The notes under the pieces were generated by a model. That model ran no database searches. It worked only from the letters and a program-made list of their open reading frames with translations, and was not told the DNA's origin. A program made the translations under genes and the position numbers. Below are positions 52,011 through 64,000 of a stretch of DNA of 64,000 bases, in pieces (positions within the stretch are counted from its first letter, which is position 1; each line of letters begins with the position of its first letter). Source of the DNA: Octopus vulgaris (lineage: Eukaryota); contig OX597820.1 in the NCBI GenBank assembly GCA_951406725.2, positions 38,502,001 through 38,566,000 on the forward strand. Direction: 5' to 3'.

Positions 52011-52744
52011 ATTTATGCTACTGTACTTGAGTGACCGTTGCACATCTTAAGATTGTAGAAGCTTAACGAGTACTGTCGAGCGATTTACGATAAGAATATT
52101 GCACTCCAAAAGAAATGTTTTTCACAGGGACTGTCTCCCAGAAACATTTATTCACTATCTAAAAACGTTTTCCTGGAGGTTGTCATAGTAAAAGAAAAAC
52201 CGAAAGAGAATGCCTTTCTATACGCCTCCATGACATTGTTCCTTTCAAGGTTGCTGTTTTTGGATCTCATTTCCGCGATTAACTTTAATAAGCACTCTTA
52301 CTCTCACCCGCTGCAATCTAAGCTGGATAAAGGTGTACGTCTATCTTAGATCTCTCGTAGTAACTTTATATTTTCGAAAAACCTAACAACCTATACGAGA
52401 TAGACAGGGATATTCATATTGAATCATTAATTAATTTTATCACAGATAAATATCGGAAGTGAGACCTAGATATTCGCGTATCTTTACGCCTACACGGTAC
52501 ATCCCTCTCCAAAAGCTTAGCATAGATAGACCTGGATGTCTAGCTAAAAGGGAACTTGATATGTACGATAAATCCAAATGTAGACTAACTAACACGTCTA
52601 AAACGGAGCTATGTTTTACTAGGCCGAGCTCCGTTTTAGAAAATATTTTAAAGTATATTGCTAATAAAATTTATGCTACTGCACTTGAGTGACCGTTGCA
52701 CATCTTAAGATTGTAGAAGCTTAACGAGTACTGTCGAGCGATTT
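52011..52744. repeat. 76-bp direct repeat (52011-52086, 52669-52744)
   Basis: ATTTATGCTACTG(T/C)ACTTGAGTGACCGTTGCACATCTTAAGATTGTAGAAGCTTAACGAGTACTGTCGAGCGATTT occurs twice with one mismatch. Confidence 0.9.
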
Positions 52745-53020
52745 TTACTATGGATTTCTCGGTGAAGTTGTGAATCGAATCTATCAGTAATAAACATAAC
52801 ATAATTTGATATTAAAATAAAAATAACATAATTTGACATTATGGTTTGTATGTGTCGATATCTGAATGCCAGCCTGCGCAATGCATTCGAATTTGCATGT
52901 CAGTTTGTAACCATTCATGAACAAGAAATAAGCCCCATTATATATGCACATAACAATGCTGTTATTTAGCGACGGATTTATTTGGACCCAAAGATATAAC
53001 ACCGATAATATATGCGATCT

Positions 53021-53055
<35 letters not shown>

Positions 53056-53058
53056 CTG

Positions 53059-53131
<73 letters not shown>

Positions 53132-53981
53132 CTGTATGTATATGTACAGTCCAAAATTATATGATTATCCTACTTACTGTAACATAGGTCAACATTTCAC
53201 TTGATATGAACTCAGGAATACGGTGTGTGAATTTCCTTGATCTCTTGGCTTAGTTTCAAAGTTCTATCTTCGTGACACTGTGATGTATAGATGCATGCAT
53301 CAGAAACGGTAAGTAATTTGAAATTGTTAGTGGCGATGAGAAAATGCAATATAACAAAAAAATCAAAAATCAAAAGGGATGGAAATAAGTACAATTTAAA
53401 ACTCTTATTTTCTAGGTCGCATTTTCATTTCTTTGCAGGCTTTCTTCAAAGTAAACACGCTAATGTTGGTATCATATGTCTAACAATTTATTATCTTTTA
53501 TTTTATATGTTTTCTTTTACTGAAACACTTTGCTGAATTTTGCTGCAGGAAAACATTTGAAGTTTCATGTAGAAAATATGAATGTGGAAAATGGCAGAAG
53601 CCCAGTCGTTACTAAAGTGACAAAAGGTGAAAATCAGCACCAGTGCTATTTTCTTTTTTAAACTGCGAATAACCACCTTAATAACTTATAATTTTCCCTT
53701 TACCATTTTACAAAATCAGCAACTGATGCCTATGATATTTTCGATACACTGACAAGGAGAGTTCAATTAATCCCTAGGCAACGCAGGAAGTGTCACTGAT
53801 GAGAATTAATTCAATCCGAAATCGTTGATGATCTTACACTTCTCGCTTGATGTAGGGAAGTTATTCTACATTGTTAGTGAATAGATAAGTGCTTTGCCCT
53901 TGGCTAAGAGTTGTTTTGACTCATATTTTTAACAATGCTGTTGCTTATCTGCGAATTTACTCACTTTAGTGATGATTATAT

Positions 53982-54074
<93 letters not shown>

Positions 54075-54109
54075 TAGATAGTTAGATAGATAGATAGATG
54101 TGTGTGGTT

Positions 54110-55684
<1,575 letters not shown>

Positions 55685-56004
55685 GAAAGTTGGTTTGTGA
55701 AAGCACGTGGTTGAATATATAGAAAATAGTAAAAAGTGAAAAACTACAGAAGGCTTAAAGGTTAAAATATATATATATATTTGCGTCAATATGTCTGAAG
55801 AATATTAAAAAATTTTCTCTTTACAATGACATAGTTTAGAAGAAAGACCGGTTTCGCGTTTAGCTTTTCAAATTTCTTACGACGTTATGTTTATGTTGAA
55901 TAGAGTTATCGTTATGTTTAACATAACGATAACTCTATTCAACATAAACATAACGTCGTAAGAAATTTGAAAAGCTAAACGCGAAACCGGTCTTTCTTCT
56001 AAAG

Positions 56005-58862
56005 CAGGGGTCTCCAAAGTTTTCCAGCGGAGGGCCACATTGCTGAATTTTTAAAGCTAAGGGGGCCAAGGTTCTAAATTATTTATTTTACCAAAATAAT
56101 ATAAATAAATAGTGAATTAATAATTAAAAAAGGTTATTTATTCAGTACATAATCACAATGTATATAATATCAGTAACAATTAACATGTTTTTTTTTAACT
56201 TTGATCAATAGGGGAAACATGAAATTGTTTCATTTCTGACAAAATTTTGTCCAACTGAGGTTCAAAATGAGTGGTTCCAATAACAAGCAATGCATTTAAA
56301 TGTTCATCAGACAATTGTGATCAGTAGCAGGATTTTGTGTATTTCATCTTTGAAAAAGTCTTCTCACACAAATATGTGGTGCCAAAAACTGAAATGAATT
56401 CACAGGCAAACCTCCTTAAATGAAGAAATTGGTCGGATGGAAGGCATTTGTAGAATTCAATCAAATTTCCCTCTTTATATTTGTCCTTCAGGATGTCATT
56501 GGATTGCAAATCAATAACTTCCATTTGTAACTCAGAAGGTAAGTCTCCAATAACAGAGTTAAATGGATTTTCAAAAATTCTTAGTTTTGAAGAACATGCA
56601 TCAAGATCAGAAAAACGTTCTTCAAACTGTTGTTTCAAAGCTAAAATGACATCTTGAGCAAACAAGTTTGGAAATGGAGTGGCAGCTTCCTGTCTATATT
56701 TGTCACATCGTGAAAAATGAGTAAAGCAGCTTCTTGTTAACTGACTTTCAAATAGTATTAATTTCTTACGAAAAGCTTTCACCTTTGAGTACAAATCACA
56801 GATGAGTGAAGTTTCACCTTGTATCCGTAGGTTGAAATCATTGAGATGCATAGTTAAATCGGCTGAAAATGCTAATTTCCAGAGCCATTCACTGTCTTTG
56901 AGCAACACCTGTGAATGGTTTTTCTCATTTAAAAATATTTCAATTTCAGTTCGAAGCTCAAAAAATCTAGCCAGAATTTTTCCATAGCTAAGCCATCTTA
57001 CTGAAGTATAGTAAGGTAGGTCCGGAAACTCAGCATTCATTTCCTCCAAGAAATCACGAAATTGGCGATGTTTGAGTCCATGAGATCTTATGTAGTTAAC
57101 AGTGGAAATCACAGGATCTAATACAGATGATAAATCAAGATGCTTTCCACACAGTGCTTGCTGATGAAGAATACAATGCAATACCAAAGGTTTCAATCCA
57201 CCGGAATTCTCAATTACTTTGTTAATTTGCCCAACTAAGCCCTTTTTGGTTCCACACATATTTCTGCCACCATCTGTTGTTATGCATTTTAGTTTTTTCC
57301 ATTCCAAATTATACTCAGCCACTGACTTTTCCACTTCTCTAAAAATATCTATGCCTGTTGTTGTTCCATGCATGCTGTGCACAGATACAAGTTCCTCAGT
57401 AATCTCAAAATTGGCATTTATTCCTCTGATGAACAATAACAATTGGGATGTGTCTGATACATCAATTGACTCATCAAGTGCAACAGAAAAGCATACAAAC
57501 TTGCTGGCTTTGTCTTTTAGCTGTGACTTAAAATTTATTTCAATATGTTCAACCCTACGAGCAACAGTGTTCGCAGAAAGACTAATTGCGGAAAATAAAT
57601 CTACGTTTTCTGGACACATTTCCTTAGCTACCTCATTCAAGCACTTTTTAATAAGTTCACCATCTGTAAATGGCTTACCTTTCTTCGCCAAAAGGTTAGC
57701 AACATGGAAGCTTGCTCTTGTTGCTCTCTCTTTTTCTACAGCCTTCTTCTTGAAAACAAACTGCATTGATGATAAATTCTTCTTTAATTTGTCAAATTTC
57801 TCTTTACGTAGCTGTCCAATGAATTGGTAGTACTGTGATGAATGCTTTTTTTCATAATGTCTCCGAATGTTGTACTCTTTAAGTACTGCAATTGTGTCGG
57901 TGCATATAACGCATAGTGCCTTGTTGTTTGACTCTATGACAAAATAGTCTATGTTCCATTGTTCCTTAAAAACTCTACACTCAGAGTCGATTTTTCGTTT
58001 TCTTCCTTGAGCTAACATTTTTACCATGGGTCGACAGATTTTGCTCGACGATATATGTAAAAGGACGAAACAAGTAAAAACAATATTCACAGGTCACTCG
58101 ATACGTGCATTCACTTCGGCAGCGACGACGACAAATGACTCACACTTGTGCACAACGAAAACGCCAAGTCTGTGCTGACTGACGGAATGCGCATCGAACT
58201 TTACTCCACGCTGATTGGCGACTGCACCAGGATTAGAAACCACCACACAACGTCAGGCTCAACCCTCTCTATTCATCGCTCGTGAGATGTAGGTAACATC
58301 GATAAATCGATATTTGTCTTCTTTTATTATACTAGGCACGGGACTTTTATTAACGTCATACTTGTCGTATCTGCTCTCTCGACAGTTGACGGAATAGGTT
58401 GACTTTTCTGCGACATCAATAAAGCTAGAAATTGAATCTCTGCTTCATTGTAAGCAGCACCATCCATCTCACTGACAATCGCCTATTATCTAAGATGAAT
58501 GATAGGTAGCTCCATAGCGAAGTTAATTCATTTTATGGTGGTTCTGATGGGTCAGTTAAAACGGGGGGAGTGGAAAAGAACCTATATTTACACTAAAGTT
58601 TAGTGTATAAATTTTTAATTCGCCGGCGCAATTTAAAGATATTAATTGATGGCAAATCAATTAGCGTCGTCTTGCGTCTATTTGCTGTACTATATTTGTC
58701 AAACGTATTAAAAGGGGTGTAAAGTATATTTGTTTTTGTATGATTTCGGCAAGGCTTGTTTTTCGACATTTGTTTTATAATTTTGGAGGACAGCTCGGCG
58801 GGCCGGATTAAAAACCTTGGCGGGCCGAATCCGGCCCGCGGGCCGTACTTTGGAGACCCCTG
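56005..58862 (-). mobile_element. Complete hAT (Charlie group; SPIN/OposCharlie1-like) DNA transposon, 2858 bp
   Basis: TIRs CAGGGGTCTCCAAAGT / ACTTTGGAGACCCCTG; 8-bp TSD TTCTAAAG / TTCTAAAC; GGCCCGCGGGCC subterminal motifs. Confidence 0.96.
56195..58027 (-). CDS. hAT transposase (GTF2IRD2/SPIN-like), ~610 codons, one premature TGA at 56321
   Basis: RKRKIDSECRVFKEQW, BED-like CVIC..RRHYEKKH, ALDESID, TTDGG, HCILHQ, VRWLS and FGTTYLCEKTFS motifs. The frame continues *SQLSDEHL...SPIDQS* to 56195, implying CGA>TGA in RSxL. Confidence 0.92.
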
Positions 58863-58981
58863 TTCTAAACTATGTCATTGTAAGGAAAAACAATTTTTAA
58901 TATTCTTCAGACATATTGACGCAAATATATATATAATTTTTAACCTTTAAGCCTTCTGTAGTTTTTTCACTTTTTACTATT

Positions 58982-59016
<35 letters not shown>

Positions 59017-60095
59017 GGCACTTAAATTGTAAGGCACCGTGCCGGGTCAAAAGTAAGCTGCATACACAGCAACTATAGAGGAATACAAGCGTCGGTACCG
59101 ACGTACACTCCGAAAGATATCCAGGTTGATGGTTCATTGCATGGTGTAGATTCTTTAATTGCAGAGTGAAGACATGTGTGCATACGTACACACGAGTGTG
59201 AATACGGAGTGAATTCATTGAAAGTATAATTTATATATATTTGCCTAGTGTCTTTGTTTTCATGATCGGGTTGCATATGTGTAGGTGTGTATTAGTGCGT
59301 GCACATGCCTGAATGGACGTTCATGCCAATTTACTTTATTTTGGGGATGTTTTTTATAACTCTCTCCATATTTCATTCTAATAAATCAAGAGATTCAATG
59401 GAAATATCTGCCTACGTACGATACTTCACAACCACATATATGAACTGTTTATAAACACACACACGTACACACACTCTTCAACACACAAACGCCCATACAC
59501 GATCGTGCAGACACAAAAATCACACGCACAAAACACAAAGTGTTCTGTTTACGATCTAAATGTATGTTTACTAACGTGCTAGTATTTTTACAAATGTAAC
59601 ATGCATGACAATGTATGTCTACCGATATACATGTCTAAAAATATTTCCTCTGCTGGGGATAACAGGGGCGTCGTAACATGCTCTAGGCGGTATCTAATAT
59701 TCAGTGTTTATGACCAAATTTAATATCGAGATGGATATGAAGCGTGACACGCATCATTGAAACAACTATGCACATGCGTTTAGATTTGTATACTATCTCG
59801 ATCGATCTCATTCAACTACATCTTATAGTAATGAAACTACTAGAATACCAGCTGAAAGAATAGAGAGCCATTGGGAAGAATATAATGATGGGAAACATTC
59901 GCCGGTTCTTTATAAGCATACTAAACTCAAGCAGGAAGACATGCCTTATTTTCGACTCAAATACGTTCTCAATTCCACATCAATGAATTTGAATTCAAAG
60001 TGTATAGATCCGCAACAAAATTCTAAATACCGGAAATTGTTAACGTACCAATTAGTGCTATCCAGCACACTTCTCATATATATATATGTATATAA

Positions 60096-60188
<93 letters not shown>

Positions 60189-60692
60189 CATATATATATG
60201 CTAGACCACTGGTGTGAAGTCGATGTTAATTACATTAATATCTAATTTCTCACCATCATTTTAAATTTGAATTTAAATTAATACGTTCTCTAACCGGCAA
60301 AGGCCACTGCAGTAAAGTATTATCTGCAGCATCAGTTTTTCCGTTAATTTAGCGCCCCAGAACGAGGACATTTGAAATAGTAACCACGAGTGTAACGGGT
60401 AGAACTTTTTACAGGTCTGACTTTGTGCAGACGTCCTAGTATGCAGTCCTGCAAATTATATTCATCTGGACGCTCGCACCGATGATCTACGGAATTTACG
60501 TAATTAAAATTGTGTAATATGTTAATAGTGAAACATGTATGCGAATAATCCATATTTTTATTACTTTTTCTTTTGTCTTGCTCGAATACGTTTTTGTTGT
60601 TTTGCTAAACTTTTCTTGAGAACATTTCTTATTTGTAAGACCATAGCGGATCCATTTCTAGCATAAGGGTGTCCACACTGGTTTACCTCTAC

Positions 60693-60742
<50 letters not shown>

Positions 60743-60744
60743 CT

Positions 60745-60845
60745 GTAAATGTAATATGTGACAATTATTCGGTAGCCATATTAAAACTCCGAGTTTCGGA
60801 TGTCAGGGTGGAAATTCACGCCGCATTCTCTTCAGTAATCCGGCC
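60745..60845 (-). ncRNA. pLTR fragment with type I hammerhead motif (related to the 37711 module)
   Basis: Minus strand: ATTA CTGAAGA GAATG...CATCC GAAAC TCGGA GTT TTAAT. Homologous to 37720-37800 and adjoins (TA)n. Confidence 0.65.
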
Positions 60846-61258
60846 TTAGGAAAAAATGCTATGAAGATTTATGCTAATAACACTCATGTACGCTCGATCA
60901 AACGATATCAAACATAACATAAAAGAAACAGCATTTCCGAATTTATATGGACAACTAATTCCGTATCCCTCCATCAATTCACCGTGTGCGTCACGGGATA
61001 GTACCGCAGAAAAACTACAATTTGCATTTTTCAAATTTATAATCTTGAATAGCATTCTGACGAAGGATAGCATTCTGACGAATTCTAATCCCAAAACGGG
61101 TGTATGTTATTTTTTATTTCTGTTTTTGCCTATGTGAGTTACGAGTATTGCTGCCTGTGGAGATATATTGTAGTAGAGGAATTATTAGTTTTGACTGCTA
61201 TTTCTAAATTTCGGTATGTGGTGAAGCAACTTTTTGCTGACCCCTTAATTATGTTTAT

Positions 61259-61303
<45 letters not shown>

Positions 61304-61344
61304 GGTATACACACACAAAAACACACTCACAAACACACACACAT

Positions 61345-61391
<47 letters not shown>

Positions 61392-62918
61392 CGTGTGTAT
61401 GTATGTATGCATGTATATACATAAGGTATTAAATTATGTCCCAACATCCATAAAGCTATAGTCCTCTCATATGTCAACCATAAGATTTCTCAGTTGCCTG
61501 TGTTGTAAAGAAATCTCTACATTTACTTGCTAATTTCCAGTAGAAAGCTCAGTTTATATTGTAACGTTCGATACAAATATGGCAATTATATGTATGACAT
61601 GTATAACTGCATTTCTATGTATAGGAAGGAATAATGTAGAGTTTTTGTTGAATCTAAGAGATTTGATGTAGTTCCAAACTGCGTCACAAAGTTCTGTTAC
61701 TAAGCTGTGTACGTGATCAATACTAATTATATTTCAATAGTAAGCCCAGTCTATATGCAAATTGGTTTAGCAGAATTGTACTGGTAAACATTATGTGCAT
61801 CGGGTCCAGTTTAAACACGAAGAAATAATCTTTAATGATGAATCAGAGGATTCAATGTTTGAGATACTCCATCACCTTACAAAAATGATATCGTCTATAA
61901 TTTGAATATTTTATCCCATTCGTATTTTTTAATAACAAACACACACATAATATATATGTACTTTTTCTGCTTTTACAGCAGTAACTGTCTCAGCTTTATA
62001 TTCATATTACAAAAGCTTGACGCGCGCATATCTCTGTGAAATACTGTCCTGAGGTAGAAGTAAATGAGACACGCAGATTCCAATCCAGAAAGCCATTAAC
62101 CATCAAAGCCAAAGCCGAATATATAACTAGAAACAACTTACCGACAAACCATCCCAGTTCCCAAAATCAAAACCGAATAATAATGTTGACCGCTGTATAA
62201 AAGCAATTTCCATAAATAAATATCAGATCTCAATAACTCCAGCAATGGATTGTATGTCTGGAATAGATGACAATAAAGAGAGAATACCTGTGACGATTTC
62301 TAACTAGTTTGTTGTCAGATGCAACCGATTCTATACAAATTCTTAATCAATAGTTGATTTATTTTCTATTTCAGTATCTAATCAGCTTCCAACATCGTTA
62401 TCGATTAATTGCAAAAATAAATTATGCATTATTGTTTCTTTTGTTCGTTTGTATATTTCTTTACGCATTGAAATACGCCGATATATCAAATGATATTAGT
62501 TTACTTTCGAAGTACCTTAGACTAATTCCAAGTCTATCACCAGGGAATGTAACAAATAACATAGATATAGGGGTAAGGAATAAATAGTACGCTGTTATTA
62601 GGGTAGGCATGATTGTTTTTTATATATCCTAAGTATACATAAACAAACATTTGCAAATAACCATACATTTATTTGCTAGAGTGATCCTCCAATGTAAACA
62701 ATATTCACACGATAACGCAGTTATAGATTAACAAATTGTAAGCCGCCATGGCACAAGTAAAAGTAATGACTTCAATTGCATACATATGTTCCACGTTTTG
62801 GGATCAGTCTTATGAGCTATACATATATGAATCGATTCAATTCTGTCAGCAATATCTGCACTCACGCACACGCACACACACGTACAGACACATACACGCA
62901 TGCATACATTTATATAGT

Positions 62919-63262
62919 GGAGGCGCAATGTCCCACTGGTTAGGGCAGCGGACTCGCCGTCATAGGATCGCGGTTTTGATTCCCAGAACGGGCGTTGTGA
63001 GTGTTTATTGAGTGAAAGCACCTAAAGCTCCACGAGGGACCAGCATGGGATGGTGCCGTACCCTGCTGTAGTTTTTCACGACAACTTTCCCTCACTCCTT
63101 CTTCTTTCGAAGGACCAGCCTTATCCGACTCACCCCGAAAACATTAAGGGTACACGTGTCTGTGGAGTGTTCAGCCACTTGCACGTTAATTTCACAAGCA
63201 GGCTGTTCCTTTGATCAGATCAACTGAAACCTTCCTCGTCGTACTGCTACGACACCCGCCCC
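62919..63262 (+). mobile_element. tRNA-derived SINE, family-2 head with a different tail
   Basis: GGAGGCGCAATGTCCCACTGGTTAGGGCAGCGGACTCGC head; tail shared with 33960-34120. Confidence 0.8.
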
Positions 63263-63561
63263 CATATATATATATGGGGCAAAGACATAATTTCGGCTTC
63301 TAGACATTTTGTCTACGCCATGTTTTCTTCACTTTTTTAAAAATTGTATGCCCTTGCTTTTTACTATGAAGATGAAGAACTTTATTCTCGCATTTGCTTA
63401 TTGACAGCGTTTTGGTAACCGATCGGAAACGGCCGTAACTTATGTTATTTCACCTATTTTATGACATGCTTTGTATTAAAATATAAGCTATAAATGTGGT
63501 CTAATCGATGTGTTTGTTAATCTGTGGTTTTCTCCATTTTCTTATTATATATACACATGCA

Positions 63562-63633
<72 letters not shown>

Positions 63634-63744
63634 TAAATTTTAAATGAGGGTGAAAATTGGATATTAATTTGATTAACATCCATTTAAAACCTGTGGTCTT
63701 GCATATTAAAATCTGAAGATTTAAAATACTGTCAAAGAAAGGCC

Positions 63745-64000
63745 CCTTTCATTCATGAATGACCATGGGACTGCACCTAGAAAGTGCCCCTTCGAGGCAC
63801 ATGTCTGGGTAGTTTGTTTTCATAGAAAAACAGCTGTCGCCCATGCATACCATTCTCTCCTCTCTACACCAACGATGTTTACTAGGGAACGGCAAAGGCT
63901 TATATAGCTTGTCATCAATGACGTTGCAACTTATTTCTTCAACGGAATGAAATGGAGGAACGTGAAATAAAGTATTTTGCTCAAGAACACGATACGCAAC
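63745..64000 (-). mobile_element. SINE running off the window end
   Basis: GGAACGTGAAATAAAGTATTTTGCTCAAGAACAC is the reverse complement of the core seen at 33885-33920. Confidence 0.6.

Larger units (their letters stand above)
55715..58990. repeat. ~200-bp-arm palindrome (centre 55919) whose right arm is split by the hAT
   Basis: 55715-55918 is the reverse complement of 55920-56003 plus 58871-58990, with a 1-nt spacer. Hammerhead-like motif at 55960-55998. Confidence 0.88.

Noticed and set aside
57219-57830. 203-aa plus-strand ORF
   Set aside because: Antisense shadow of the hAT transposase with no recognisable motifs. The same applies to shadows over the Gypsy, mariner and PLE ORFs.
59700-62620. 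Possible decayed CR1/L2-like LINE pieces (e.g. TRYTRGYYFKC)
   Set aside because: Only one weak motif; boundaries cannot be supported.

Overview
AT-rich eukaryotic (animal) DNA, saturated with (TA)n, (CA)n, (AAT)n, (CAT)n and (GATA)n microsatellites. The tRNA-derived SINEs and microsatellite load resemble an octopus/cephalopod genome (inference from recalled repeat families, not a search). No host protein-coding gene is convincingly supported, and most of the short ORF track is microsatellite artefact. The window is a transposon landscape. It holds a full-length, lightly decayed CsRn1-like Ty3/Gypsy element nested in an old mariner, two complete but inactivated mariners, a near-intact SPIN/OposCharlie-like hAT, Dong/R4-like and L1/Tx1-like LINE fragments, a Helitron fragment and many SINEs. 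The most notable component is a set of Penelope-like elements (PLEs): one with an uninterrupted RT + GIY-YIG ORF, several decayed copies, and about ten short modules that are fold-back and/or carry a type I hammerhead-ribozyme motif, mostly next to (TA)n tracts. Two modules have no ORF and show tandem or circularly permuted junctions, like retrozymes. Coordinates, pairings and identities were read by eye; no alignment, folding or database search was run.
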